Program-made: the position numbers and the translations under genes
Notes under the pieces: model-generated
What the model saw: the letters and a program-made list of their open reading frames with translations, nothing else
What the model was told of the DNA's origin: nothing
The model's database searches: none
Virus record (IMG/VR): IMGVR_UViG_3300008108_000237
Span: 2,377 to 66,376 of that record
Strand: one strand, 5' to 3'
Source of the DNA: a virus
DNA length: 64,000 nucleotides
Shown: in pieces, positions 1 to 10,338 of the stretch
Numbering within the stretch: the stretch's first letter is position 1
How the letters are laid out: each line of letters starts with the position of its first letter

Positions 1-1221
1 AGATATTCCACTGGTCCCTGAAGTACCATTTATTCCACTTGTTCCTGAGGTTCCAGATATTCCACTGGTCCCTGAGGTTCCATCTATTCCACTTGTTCCT
101 GAAGTACCACTTATTCCACTAGTTCCTGATGTACCATTAGTTCCACTTGAACCTGATGTACCACTAGTACCTGATGTACCATTTATACCACTAGTACCTG
201 AAGTTCCAGATATTCCACTAGTCCCTGAAGTTCCAGATATTCCACTAGTCCCTGAAGTTCCGTTTATTCCACTTGTTCCTGAAGTACCACTAATACCACT
301 AGTCCCTGAGGTTCCAGATATTCCACTAGTCCCTGAAGTACCGCTTATACCACTTGTTCCTGATGTTCCAGATATTCCGCTCGTTCCTGAAGTACCGCTT
401 ATCCCACTTGTTCCTGAGGTTCCAGATATTCCACTAGTCCCTGAGGTTCCAGATATTCCACTGGTTCCTGAGGTTCCAGATATTCCACTGGTTCCTGAGG
501 TTCCAGATATTCCACTAGTTCCTGAGGTTCCGTTTATACCACTAGTTCCTGAAGTGCCATTTATACCGCTAGTCCCCGATGTACCATCTATACCACTTGT
601 TCCTGAGGTTCCAGATATTCCACTTGTCCCTGAAGTTCCATCAATTCCACTTGAACCTGAAGTACCACTAGTACCTGAAGTACCGTTAATACCGCTAGTT
701 CCCGATGTACCATCTACACCACTTGTTCCTGATGTACCAGATATACCACTAGTCCCTGAGGTTCCAGATATTCCGCTAGTTCCCGAGGTGCCATTAATTC
801 CACTAGTTCCCGAGGTGCCATTGATTCCACTTGTCCCTGAAGTTCCGTCAATTCCACTAGTCCCCGACGTACCATCTATACCACTTGTCCCTGAAGTTCC
901 TGATATTCCACTAGTACCTGAAGTTCCTGATAGTCCACTTGTACCAGAGGTTCCATTGATTCCACTTGTTCCTGAAGTACCGTTTGTACCTGAAGTTCCA
1001 TTGATTCCACTTGTACCCGAAGTTCCAGATATTCCACTTGTACCCGAAGTTCCAGATATTCCGCTAGTTCCCGAAGTTCCAGATATTCCACTTGTTCCTG
1101 AAGTGCCATCAATACCACTAGTACCTGAAGTTCCAGATACTCCACTTGTTCCTGATGTACCATCAATACCGCTAGTCCCTGAAGTTCCGTCGATTCCACT
1201 TGTACCTGATGATCCACTTGT
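1..1221 (-). repeat. Degenerate ~27-nt coding tandem repeat (9-aa unit GTSGTSGI[S/N/D])
   Basis: Recurring + strand unit like 'ttccactagtccctgaagttccagata', with mostly synonymous third-position variation in the minus-strand frame. Confidence 0.95.
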
Positions 1222-1371
1222 AGATCCTGTGATACTTGCTGTGAGGGATGAAAATGCGATCTGACCTGAAGTACCCGAGGTTCCTCCAGTGAAGTCAGTG
1301 ACTATGTATAATATATCGTCAGGGGCGGCCGATAATACTATTGGTAAGTCCGTTATTCTAGTGTTTGACAT
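1..1371 (-). CDS. Collagen-like Gly-X-Y (GTS/GIS/GIN/GID) repeat fibre protein, 3' end beyond window; missing from ORF track
   Basis: ATG at 1371 gives [40 protein letters not shown]..., then GTSGTSGIS repeats. The same frame is in register at position 1. TATTTAT motif lies 5 nt upstream. Confidence 0.9.
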   Translation of the reverse strand, partial: MSNTRITDLPIVLSAAPDDILYIVTDFTGGTSGTSGQIAFSSLTASITGSTSGSSGTSGIDGTSGTSGIDGTSGTSGVSGTSGTSGIDGTSGTSGISGTSGTSGISGTSGTSGISGTSGTSGINGTSGTNGTSGTSGINGTSGTSGLSGTSGTSGISGTSGTSGIDGTSGTSGIDGTSGTSGINGTSGTSGINGTSGTSGISGTSGTSGISGTSGTSGVDGTSGTSGINGTSGTSGTSGSSGIDGTSGTSGISGTSGTSGIDGTSGTSGINGTSGTSGINGTSGTSGISGTSGTSGISGTSGTSGISGTSGTSGISGTSGTSGISGTSGTSGISGTSGTSGISGTSGTSGISGTSGTSGISGTSGTSGINGTSGTSGISGTSGTSGISGTSGTSGINGTSGTSGTSGSSGTNGTSGTSGISGTSGTSGIDGTSGTSGISGTSGTSGINGTSGTSGIS

Positions 1372-1420
1372 AGATTATAAATATTTTTTAATTTTTTTTT
1401 ATTCAGTTATTCGTTGAAAT

Positions 1421-1903
1421 TTATGATGGTGGTATTTCCTCTTGTAATATTAAAGGATTACCATCTTGTGTAATCAAATCGAAACCATCTTGAGTTATAA
1501 TTTGAATTTCGAAAACAAGTGGAGTACTACTTGGTGTTGGAGTATTTGTTGGAGTTGTAGTGTTTGTAGGTGTCAGTGATGGAGTCGCAGTATTGGTAGG
1601 TGTAATTGATGGAGTCGGTGTATTAGTAGGTGTAATTGATGGCGTTGGTGTTATGGTTGGTGTTGGAGTTGGTGTCGGAGTCGTGCATTGTATATTAACA
1701 ACAACACCATTAAGCATGTCATTTCTGGTGACCGCAGAATAATAAATGTCATTGTCAACATAAACATTGAATGGTCCTAAAGCATTGGAATTCGAGGTTA
1801 GTCTGACAATATACGTGGTACACCCAGTTACATTAACTTGTTGTTCGATCTCATTATTACAACCAGGTGCAATATTTGTAACTAAAATAGTGTAAAGACT
1901 CAT
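1421..1903 (-). CDS. Putative virion protein with Thr-Pro linker
   Basis: 160 aa with a TPTPTPTPTITPTPS... tract and a C-terminal duplicated ITQDG motif. TATTTAT upstream. Confidence 0.7.
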   Translation of the reverse strand: MSLYTILVTNIAPGCNNEIEQQVNVTGCTTYIVRLTSNSNALGPFNVYVDNDIYYSAVTRNDMLNGVVVNIQCTTPTPTPTPTITPTPSITPTNTPTPSITPTNTATPSLTPTNTTTPTNTPTPSSTPLVFEIQIITQDGFDLITQDGNPLILQEEIPPS

Positions 1904-2008
1904 CTAATAGTTTTATTAAATAAATACTACGAGAAATCTATTTGAGTTCTTTACTATTCAAAAATATAAAATGAATATTTTTCGGGTGTCGCTGAAAAAA
2001 TAATCTCG

Positions 2009-2344
2009 TTACAAAGGTTCACAAATTGAGAACAGACAACTTGATTGTTGAATGTTAATGTTGACCACACAAGACGCTAATTCGATAGTAATTTCGAATG
2101 CACAACCAAAAGTACAAGTCAATAATTTTATGACTTCACAATTGTTCGCATCAACCAATTTCAACATAATTTCAGGGGCAGTTGAAAATATAGATGGAAT
2201 TACGCTGTTGTATTGAACAACAGGAGGTACAGGACCTGAAGATATTGTTCCTAAAAGAGTTTGATTGTTTCCATATACATCAGCAATGAATACACTTATT
2301 GGAAAAGTTCCTCCTGAAATTTCGGTTATTCTTATCTGTGTCAT
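2009..2344 (-). CDS. Hypothetical virion protein (beta-rich, Cys-containing)
   Basis: Start placed at ATG 2344 (MTQIRITEISGG...) because it forms an ATGA overlap with the upstream gene's stop. Confidence 0.65.
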   Translation of the reverse strand: MTQIRITEISGGTFPISVFIADVYGNNQTLLGTISSGPVPPVVQYNSVIPSIFSTAPEIMLKLVDANNCEVIKLLTCTFGCAFEITIELASCVVNINIQQSSCLFSICEPL

Positions 2345-4476
2345 GACAAACAAATTATATCATATCCAATAATCAAATCGATTACAATTTCTTGTCCTTC
2401 CAAAGAAGTATTGTTCTTGCTAGTTTCGATTGTTATTTGATTATTTGTTGAGTCTATTGTGACTCCACCAATACCAGGAACTCCGAGTAAAAGAGTACGT
2501 ATTGTATCATACCAATTATTATCCGTTGGTACTTGAACTAATGAAGTTGATGTGAAGAAACTTTGTGAAGCGACAATTCCTGATGGATTCACAGAAACTT
2601 TTGCTGTAAAGGTTGCACTTATTAATTCACATGCTGTATTACCTGAAGTTAAATCGAAGTATCCCTCGTTCAACATTTGAAGTAATCCGAATTTAGTTGG
2701 AGACTCTATGTTAAAAATCTCAGCTCCCATCACATAAGTTTGATAAGAAGCGTAATTTGAATTACAACTGATAGTCGTATTTCTTGTTAAAGAACACCCA
2801 TTTACATCAACCACCGTAAGTGAATAAGTCCCAGCGGTAAGACCACTTACTTGTATTTGTTGTGGTTCATTTGGTACATTGTCAGACCAATTGAATGAGA
2901 ATGGTGGTTCTCCCGAAGTTATGAATGCGGTAATTTTACCACTGTTTCCACTTCCACAAGACGTACTTATTAATGAATAGTTTAGAGGTTGGCTTGAAGG
3001 AACTAATATATTTGTTGTTTGAACACAACCACTAGCGTCAGTCACTGTAATAATATGAGTGCCTGAAGAAAGGTTGTTGAATGTCACCGCACTTAAGTTT
3101 GTATCAATAACATTTTGTATTCCATCTACAGAATAATCCAAAGGTAATGTTGCCCCTGATGTAGTGTAAATTGTTACACTACCATTATTCTGTCCACATT
3201 TAGTTCCACCAACTTGAGTTGAAATTGTAAATTTATTCACAGTTAAGAGATTGACCTCTTCAACAAATGAACATCCACTATTATCCGAAACTGCAACTGT
3301 ATAGGTCCCTCCACTAAGGTTTTGGAAAATTTGTGTACTTTGGGAATTTGTTATGTTGAGTTGATTACCTGTAGGATAAATTAAAGTATATGTGTATGGA
3401 GTCGTTCCCCCAACTAAATTGACTGTAATTGAACCATTGTTTGTTGAACAAGTTGAATTCTGCCCTTGTACTGTAATACTTGACAAACCTCCTGGTGTTT
3501 CAAGAGTTATACCCGCTGTCATTTGACATAAACCAGCGTCTGTTACAAGAAAATTATATTGACCTGCCGATAAACCTGAAATACTGAAAGTTCTTGAGTA
3601 AGACACCGCAACATCTCCCGTTGAAGCAGAATAATAGAATGGAGCAGTTCCCCCAGTCACGGTCATATTTATTACACCATTTGATTGAAGACAAGTTGGT
3701 GCAGTCGAAGTAAATAAGCCAAGACCAATTGGACTAACATCAGTTACAGTTCCTGATTTTGATAAAGTACAACCATATGCGTCAGTCACTGCAACAGAAT
3801 ATACACCAGATGTAAGTCCCGTAATCGTACTTCCTGTCTGACCGTTGTTCCAAAGGTATGAATATGGTGCCAATCCTGTTTGACCCGTGACAAAAATCTT
3901 TCCTATTGGGGTTCCACCACAACTTGAGTTTGGCACAACGTACAAACCAAAATCCAAAGGTTCGGAATCCTCAACTATAAACGTTTGTGTGAATGCAGTA
4001 CATCCACCTAAGTCTGTTATTCCCAAATAATAAGTTCCAGCACTAAGTCCTCCGAAAACTACGGCATCTGTATTGGTTGTTGCAGATGAAAGGTAGTTGT
4101 TATTAACATCAAAAAGAGAGAAGTTAGTTGAAGAATACAATGAAGTCGATGATCCCGTCACGGACCCATTGTCCAATCCACAAGTTGTATTTTGAACCGC
4201 TGAAACTGACCCACATACACCACTTGAAATTGGTATGTTTATAAAAAACTCACTATTAACAGGTAAAGTACTATCGTTTACTCTTAATTCATAAACTCTA
4301 CTAGCCAATCCCACCAATGAAGCGGGTTGAGCAACAATAGTTTGTGGCGTATATACAGGATTAACAAATTGTACTGTGTATGGCGGGGTTCCTCCACTTA
4401 CATACAGATTAAATGCTCCCGAATTGTTATTGGAACAATCACCTGTTACTGCTATGTTATAATCTAAAACCGCCAT
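2341..4476 (-). CDS. SprB-repeat protein (putative fibre/adhesin)
   Basis: Several units of 'C...NGsI.v...GGT.PY.Y....GL.AG.Y...VTD..GC', typical of SprB repeats of Bacteroidota adhesins. Confidence 0.8.
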   Translation of the reverse strand: MAVLDYNIAVTGDCSNNNSGAFNLYVSGGTPPYTVQFVNPVYTPQTIVAQPASLVGLASRVYELRVNDSTLPVNSEFFINIPISSGVCGSVSAVQNTTCGLDNGSVTGSSTSLYSSTNFSLFDVNNNYLSSATTNTDAVVFGGLSAGTYYLGITDLGGCTAFTQTFIVEDSEPLDFGLYVVPNSSCGGTPIGKIFVTGQTGLAPYSYLWNNGQTGSTITGLTSGVYSVAVTDAYGCTLSKSGTVTDVSPIGLGLFTSTAPTCLQSNGVINMTVTGGTAPFYYSASTGDVAVSYSRTFSISGLSAGQYNFLVTDAGLCQMTAGITLETPGGLSSITVQGQNSTCSTNNGSITVNLVGGTTPYTYTLIYPTGNQLNITNSQSTQIFQNLSGGTYTVAVSDNSGCSFVEEVNLLTVNKFTISTQVGGTKCGQNNGSVTIYTTSGATLPLDYSVDGIQNVIDTNLSAVTFNNLSSGTHIITVTDASGCVQTTNILVPSSQPLNYSLISTSCGSGNSGKITAFITSGEPPFSFNWSDNVPNEPQQIQVSGLTAGTYSLTVVDVNGCSLTRNTTISCNSNYASYQTYVMGAEIFNIESPTKFGLLQMLNEGYFDLTSGNTACELISATFTAKVSVNPSGIVASQSFFTSTSLVQVPTDNNWYDTIRTLLLGVPGIGGVTIDSTNNQITIETSKNNTSLEGQEIVIDLIIGYDIICLS

Positions 4477-7463
4477 TAGCTTTCAAGACAATTAATACTT
4501 ATATTTATTCCCGAATTCAAAGAGAGAACTTCGTTGAAATTTCTTTCCGTACAAGTTAGACTTGTAATAGTCAATTCGTTTCCATTTAGGAAGAATGTAA
4601 AACCATAATCATATAGTTGTGGAAGATATTCAATAAGAGCATTTCTCCACATTGTATTTGTTGGTACATCAGTTAGTCCATACCCCTCATAGAATTGTTC
4701 TTGGATTATAATATCCCCACCAATTCTTAAATCAACGTACCAACTACTTTGTACCGAATTTGTAATACAATCATTTAATGTCAAACCACTTTGTGCCAAC
4801 ATTTTATTGACTCTATTTGACAATATACTACTGAAGTTACTTACATCTACATCCCCATTCAACCACGGAAATATATTAAAGTCAGTGTACTCAGTTGTAC
4901 AGTTATAATCAAAAATATTTGATATTATAAAACAAGGTTCAACAGGTACAGGAAGGAATTGACAACCTCTTTGTCTTCTATATACAAATTTCTGTCTTTG
5001 GAAAATTGAGTTTTCCATTCTGACACCTGTATTCCAAATTGTTGTTGCTGGAAACATCTGTTCAACCAATGTCATCCAATATGGATTGATTCCATTAACG
5101 TAATCAATCAATTTCTGATAGGTATATTTGTTATTTGGTATTCCTACGGTACTTTCAGACTCAATATATTTCCAAAATATTGATTGTAGAGTTGGATAGC
5201 CTCCCGTTTTACCATCTGTAATATATTGACGGTTTCTTACATTAATCATGTTCTCCCAAAAAGTCTGAGAAAACTCGAAGAATGTTTTTTTCTTTGGCTG
5301 AGGATTAACAAAGGTACTATCAACCCCACCTGGCACAGGATAGCCGACTGTCAAACCTGACTCAGGAATTGGATAATCATATCTTCTTGATTGGTCCCAC
5401 ACATCATAAACTAAACCTTGAGATGGGTTCAAAAACAAATCAACATTCTTTACATTGAGAACTAACTTCTCATTATCCACAAAGTAGTACGCATTGTAGT
5501 CAGCGTTTGTCGATACTCTGATTTTTGAATCATCTTCTAGCCAAGATTTATTATTGTCAACAACTTTTTTCAATTTGAATCCCTCATTCATATAAGGAAA
5601 ATCTCTAAATCTATTCAAATATAATTGCCCGTAAGTGAATGGTTGTAATTGAGTTTGAATATCAAAGTTTTGACCTGTATATATTTGCCCCGTGACAGTT
5701 ACTTGGTCAGGACTTCTATGAGTTGGGGTAGATTCATACCACCCTGCTCCCAATTGAAAGAAATAGGTTTCAGTGTTTACGGGAGCTTTTGGGAAACCTT
5801 CAGTATCAACGGGGTAATCAACGAGTCTCGTATTAACATCTTGATAAGTTGCAGTCGAAGTGAACGCACTGAATGTTTGTCCTTTAATTTTATATGTTAA
5901 ACCTGGTATAAAACTCGGAGTATTCTGAACATAAGTACCTCCCGAAATGGATGCCCATTGAGTGGTAAACTGTTCCATATTAATTTTTTGGTCAGCTAAG
6001 TAAATGTGCTCATTGTATTCAATCAATGAATCAGGAGCACCAATAAGTCTCATAAGAAATTCAACCGAACGTCTTGTACCTTTTGATTTGAATAAATAAG
6101 ATGCGTTAAGAATAAGGTTACGATAGAATGCGTAATTCAATTCTGTCGGAGTCAATGCCCTTGCATATCCAGGATAAGTTGGAGTCGAGGTATTTCCGAA
6201 AACCGAACTCAAGAAATCTTCATTCGTTATTGGAGAGAAGTTGGAAGTCCATCCCAATGTTTGTGCTAAATTCACTAACAACTGAGACGGAATATCGTTC
6301 GATGGATTATAATTGACTGAGTTCATAAATGCTAATGCATCTATAAATTGTTTGATTTGGTCAAAACTTCTTCCGTAAATTTGGAATATCTTTTCTACCT
6401 TTCGACCCAAAGTATCGAATTCTTTCAGGGAATCTGAAACTAAAAATCTAGAAACCAAGTTGGTTTTAAAAGTATCTAAATTAACTGCAATTGATTCCAA
6501 CTGAGTCAAGTAGTCCTCGAAAAGAAAAGATTTAATATCCAAGTTCCAAGGCCCCTCTTTCGGCCACGTCACTTGTTGATAATTTGTGAAAAACTGACCT
6601 GCTTCATTTTGTTGGGGCACTTGGAATACTGCAGTATATTCAGGCCTAACAAGTCTATTCAATAAAAACTTTTGAACTTCGTCAAAATTTTCTGCGAATA
6701 TCCTATCTACAACAATATCATTAGGTCTTACTTGAAAATTTTCAAATATTGTGGTTGCGGTTTTCCCAAATGGTGCTCCTGAAACTATAAATTCGATATA
6801 ACCTGATGAAAGTGTTGGAGATGGAATAAATGATACAACATTATATATGTTGTCATTTATTGAAATACAATAATCCAAGTAAGTATTATACAAATTTCTA
6901 TATGGTGAAACCAATATCTCTCTCACAGAGAGATTAGTTGTTGCACTGAGTGAATAATCAATATCAAAGGGATTGTTAATTCTACTTGTATCGATTCTGA
7001 ACGTAGTTTCGTCTGCAGTATTATTGTAAGATATATTATAGGCTGTTGCACCAGTCACGAAGTCTTCATTGTTGAATTGAATATTCAAAGATGCTGGAAA
7101 TCTATGAATAATTTCTGTGACTGATACTTGGAATCTCTTGCTCAAAGACCCATACATTGAGAAATTTAGTACTTGCGAAACATCATAGTTTGGATAAACC
7201 CTAAATTGTGTTGCAATAATCCTACGACTCTCTTCTAAATTACTAATATCTAATCCATCCAAACCGATTGGGTCAGAGAAGGCTCCTATGTTGAAATCTC
7301 TGGTAGTTCTTTCTGTTACAGATGTTGTGAACTCAAAGTTTCCTTGCGTAAGTCCTCCACCTTCCACTGTTTGTAATCCAACAATGTTGTCAGAGAAAGT
7401 TGCCGCCCCACTACCTGGCCTTGGCGGATAGAAAAATTTAGTAGTCCTTTGAGTAGTAGCCAT
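4476..7463 (-). CDS. Baseplate wedge-like structural protein (gp7/tail protein I-like)
   Basis: 995 aa with 'LAQTLGW...YLFKSKGTRRSVEFLMRLIG', resembling the KGT motif of gpI/gp7 wedge proteins. Baseplate-block position. Confidence 0.55.
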   Translation of the reverse strand: MATTQRTTKFFYPPRPGSGAATFSDNIVGLQTVEGGGLTQGNFEFTTSVTERTTRDFNIGAFSDPIGLDGLDISNLEESRRIIATQFRVYPNYDVSQVLNFSMYGSLSKRFQVSVTEIIHRFPASLNIQFNNEDFVTGATAYNISYNNTADETTFRIDTSRINNPFDIDYSLSATTNLSVREILVSPYRNLYNTYLDYCISINDNIYNVVSFIPSPTLSSGYIEFIVSGAPFGKTATTIFENFQVRPNDIVVDRIFAENFDEVQKFLLNRLVRPEYTAVFQVPQQNEAGQFFTNYQQVTWPKEGPWNLDIKSFLFEDYLTQLESIAVNLDTFKTNLVSRFLVSDSLKEFDTLGRKVEKIFQIYGRSFDQIKQFIDALAFMNSVNYNPSNDIPSQLLVNLAQTLGWTSNFSPITNEDFLSSVFGNTSTPTYPGYARALTPTELNYAFYRNLILNASYLFKSKGTRRSVEFLMRLIGAPDSLIEYNEHIYLADQKINMEQFTTQWASISGGTYVQNTPSFIPGLTYKIKGQTFSAFTSTATYQDVNTRLVDYPVDTEGFPKAPVNTETYFFQLGAGWYESTPTHRSPDQVTVTGQIYTGQNFDIQTQLQPFTYGQLYLNRFRDFPYMNEGFKLKKVVDNNKSWLEDDSKIRVSTNADYNAYYFVDNEKLVLNVKNVDLFLNPSQGLVYDVWDQSRRYDYPIPESGLTVGYPVPGGVDSTFVNPQPKKKTFFEFSQTFWENMINVRNRQYITDGKTGGYPTLQSIFWKYIESESTVGIPNNKYTYQKLIDYVNGINPYWMTLVEQMFPATTIWNTGVRMENSIFQRQKFVYRRQRGCQFLPVPVEPCFIISNIFDYNCTTEYTDFNIFPWLNGDVDVSNFSSILSNRVNKMLAQSGLTLNDCITNSVQSSWYVDLRIGGDIIIQEQFYEGYGLTDVPTNTMWRNALIEYLPQLYDYGFTFFLNGNELTITSLTCTERNFNEVLSLNSGINISINCLES

Positions 7464-8371
7464 TAATTAGTGATATTTGTAAAGTTTTTACTGAAATCAA
7501 TATTGTTTCCTCTACTTTGTCTAACCTCATAAAGAAGAGCATTAAATTGGTCTCTAATTTCGTAAAGGTTGTATTGTCTGTATATGTTGTTATTCGCATC
7601 GTAGATGGTGTAAATTCCATCATCAATTGATTTAGTTTGATTACCATAAAGAGCAATTGCAAGAGACGAAATATCATATTCAACCATTTCAATCTCCACA
7701 GAAACAGGATTGAAAAATGTATTAGTTATGACAATATCTTGATCTGGCTGTCCAATGTATGGAGTTGAATTTGGTTTGTTTGTTGGTGATGAAGATGGTG
7801 AAAGAGTCAAGAAAATTAAATTCGAATCTCCCTCCACATACCTGTATCTTATAGCCTTTTGAGTAGTATTGACTTCGTTTGTTACGACAGGCTCGCAAAA
7901 GAAACTTGATGTTACAACTCGGAAAAAGTTGGGAATTCTCGACCCGTCAGGATTCAAATATTCTACTCTGAATCCAACTAATCCTTGTTGAACAAATTTA
8001 TTTTGATATTGGGTTGGTACATCAGTAACATCAATTACAATTCCTTTCACATTTGGTAGTGCACTTAACACACCACAATCAGTTATTACAGTTCTTATTT
8101 CCGCAGGTCTTATATATAAGGTGTAAATTCCCAACGCATTAAATTGGTTTGCAGGAAGAGTCAAATTATAAAGTCCACCCAAAACTTCCACACCAGGAGT
8201 TCCACCAGTCTCAGTGTTTGCGAAGTAAGGTCGTAATATAGTCTGTGCGTCCAACTTAGTTAATACAAATTGGTCTGTCACATCCCTTGTAGGAGTATAG
8301 TTCATAATAATTTCTACATCCGCTGGTGAAACATCTGAAGGTCTTATTGTACCGTATGAGCCGATTGCCAT
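7463..8371 (-). CDS. Putative virion structural protein
   Basis: 302-aa ORF, translationally coupled to the next gene, with TATTTAT upstream. Confidence 0.6.
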   Translation of the reverse strand: MAIGSYGTIRPSDVSPADVEIIMNYTPTRDVTDQFVLTKLDAQTILRPYFANTETGGTPGVEVLGGLYNLTLPANQFNALGIYTLYIRPAEIRTVITDCGVLSALPNVKGIVIDVTDVPTQYQNKFVQQGLVGFRVEYLNPDGSRIPNFFRVVTSSFFCEPVVTNEVNTTQKAIRYRYVEGDSNLIFLTLSPSSSPTNKPNSTPYIGQPDQDIVITNTFFNPVSVEIEMVEYDISSLAIALYGNQTKSIDDGIYTIYDANNNIYRQYNLYEIRDQFNALLYEVRQSRGNNIDFSKNFTNITN

Positions 8372-8410
8372 ATTTTCTTATTTAATTTATAAATAGTTTA
8401 GTTCTTTTTT

Positions 8411-9505
8411 TCAATTGGTACTTTCTTTATTAACCACATTAAAAAATCCATACCCATAGTTAATCATATCTCCCAAATTATCTACCTCACCTAATCTCAA
8501 AACTCGTTCATAGGCACTATTTTTTCCCCTTTCCACAAAAACATTAGTTTGAATCTGTGGTTGGTCAATGACTTTGAGAAGTACCTCATCTTTCGTAATT
8601 GGTACTGCTGTAAGATTATTCGAGGTAAATCCCGATGATTGTTGGAAAAATATTGTAGTCCCGTCTTTATAATCATAATAATTGACACCTGTTATTGTGT
8701 AAGCAGTATATACAGGATTTATATCAGATACTGCCCCCCATATTTGTCCATTACTTATTACAGGAACTCCAACTCTGAATTTCGGGCTACCATAGAACGC
8801 CAATTCATTTATTCTTGATTTAGTATTTCCTGAGACAGTGAATGGTACTGTTACATAATTGTTCGATGTTTGTGCCGAAACTTCATTCACCGCATCTCCT
8901 GAGAAAATATAATTGTATGACACAGGTGTTCCAATCCAATTTCCAGTCGCGGGAGCAAAGAATGACTCACCTTGAGGATTGAATATTACAACATCTGAAA
9001 ACGGAACATTTATAGTTTTGGAAACCCTTGTTATTCCCCATGGATTTGTTTGCTCCAACGTGATGGTATATTGTCTTGTTGCGGTGGGATAAGTGTGAGT
9101 TATTGAATTTGGAGCATAGTTGGTAATTGTTTGTTTCGGACTTCCATCTCCCCAATCAACTCTATAAACTGATAATTCCAAAAACTTTTGAAATTCGTCC
9201 GATGTATTATACACATTCCAAACATAAGGTTGGCTTGTTGTGGATGAAAATAAAAAGTTTGTCACCACATCTTTTTGTAACACTGCCCCATCGAAAGGAC
9301 TATAATATCCCGCATCAACCGCAGTTTGTCTCAACAAAATGTTTACAGATAAACCAGTCAATATTGAAGTCCCACTTGGCCCCGAACTAGCCACTTGAGT
9401 CATTGCAGAGTAAACCCCAACAGGAGTACCCTTATAATCCACAACAGATAAATCTCCTCTGATATTCTCGGGTGAAACTATGAATCTATAAGTATCCTGT
9501 GACAT
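8411..9505 (-). CDS. PKD-domain structural protein
   Basis: 'VDWGDGS...ITHTYPT...YTITL' PKD signature. Confidence 0.65.
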   Translation of the reverse strand: MSQDTYRFIVSPENIRGDLSVVDYKGTPVGVYSAMTQVASSGPSGTSILTGLSVNILLRQTAVDAGYYSPFDGAVLQKDVVTNFLFSSTTSQPYVWNVYNTSDEFQKFLELSVYRVDWGDGSPKQTITNYAPNSITHTYPTATRQYTITLEQTNPWGITRVSKTINVPFSDVVIFNPQGESFFAPATGNWIGTPVSYNYIFSGDAVNEVSAQTSNNYVTVPFTVSGNTKSRINELAFYGSPKFRVGVPVISNGQIWGAVSDINPVYTAYTITGVNYYDYKDGTTIFFQQSSGFTSNNLTAVPITKDEVLLKVIDQPQIQTNVFVERGKNSAYERVLRLGEVDNLGDMINYGYGFFNVVNKESTN

Positions 9506-10338
9506 TACTGTGGTGGATTAACGTACTCATACCATTTTATGGGAATATTTGTTCCCAACCTTTGACCAGTTGTATTCAATACTTCGTAAGTTTGTTTTTC
9601 ATAATTCAACTTTACCGTGTAATAAAAGTATTGTGTGTTATCAAAAGCATATTTGTTTCCAACCAAAAGAGCTTGTGGTCCATTTGTCAAATCAACTTGA
9701 CTTGCACCTCTACCCGTCATCATTTTAGTAAACTGACCTGTTTTTGCGTTGAAAAACTTTGCTGTCATATAGAATGTATCGATGTCTAAAAAGTTTCTTT
9801 TTTTCAACCAATAAAAAAAGAACCCTTCTTTGTCCCCAACATAATCTAAAACATACTTAGGTTTTCTAATATTGACCAAAGTTCTTTGCATTTGAGTTTC
9901 CATAAACAATCCCTGTTGAGTTGGAAGAATTACAGTTACATAATTCTTTTGTTGTTTTTCATCAGGGGTGTCATAAAAATCTAACTTGAAGAAAGAGTTT
10001 GAAAAATTATTTTCATAATAATAAACCTCCTGAGGAGTGAACCCCTCACTCAAATAATTGATTCTCCAATTGGCCAAATCATTCAATGAACCTCCAGAGT
10101 AAAAATAAAATTCATAATTGATTGCTGTAGCATCAGTCGTTCCTGTTGCAGGAGAGTGAGCAAACCTCGAAACTTCAAAGTCTCTACCTTTACCTATGAC
10201 ATCTTCAATTATTTTGGTTTCATACTCGTCAATTGCCAAGTCTAAACCCAAGTAATCCCATTTGAGTTCTACAGGAATGTTGATTTGTTTATCAACAATC
10301 GCATCTTGTCTAATCACGAATTTATTCACACTCATCAA
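9505..10338 (-). CDS. Hypothetical structural protein
   Basis: 277-aa ORF overlapping both neighbours in the baseplate block. Confidence 0.6.
   Translation of the reverse strand: MMSVNKFVIRQDAIVDKQINIPVELKWDYLGLDLAIDEYETKIIEDVIGKGRDFEVSRFAHSPATGTTDATAINYEFYFYSGGSLNDLANWRINYLSEGFTPQEVYYYENNFSNSFFKLDFYDTPDEKQQKNYVTVILPTQQGLFMETQMQRTLVNIRKPKYVLDYVGDKEGFFFYWLKKRNFLDIDTFYMTAKFFNAKTGQFTKMMTGRGASQVDLTNGPQALLVGNKYAFDNTQYFYYTVKLNYEKQTYEVLNTTGQRLGTNIPIKWYEYVNPPQ

Noticed and set aside
876-1217. 113-aa minus-strand ORF (QVEYLEL repeats)
   Set aside because: Alternative-frame shadow inside the same coding repeat.
1-1221. Possible CRISPR or non-coding array
   Set aside because: No unique spacers, the period is a multiple of 3, and variation is mostly synonymous, so it is a coding repeat.
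554-1264. 236-aa + strand (PLVPEVP)n ORF
   Set aside because: Antisense shadow of the GTS-repeat gene. The minus-strand frame has a proper ATG, an upstream motif, a unique N-terminus and matches neighbour orientation.
1560-1742. (VG)n + strand ORF
   Set aside because: Antisense of the Thr-Pro tract.
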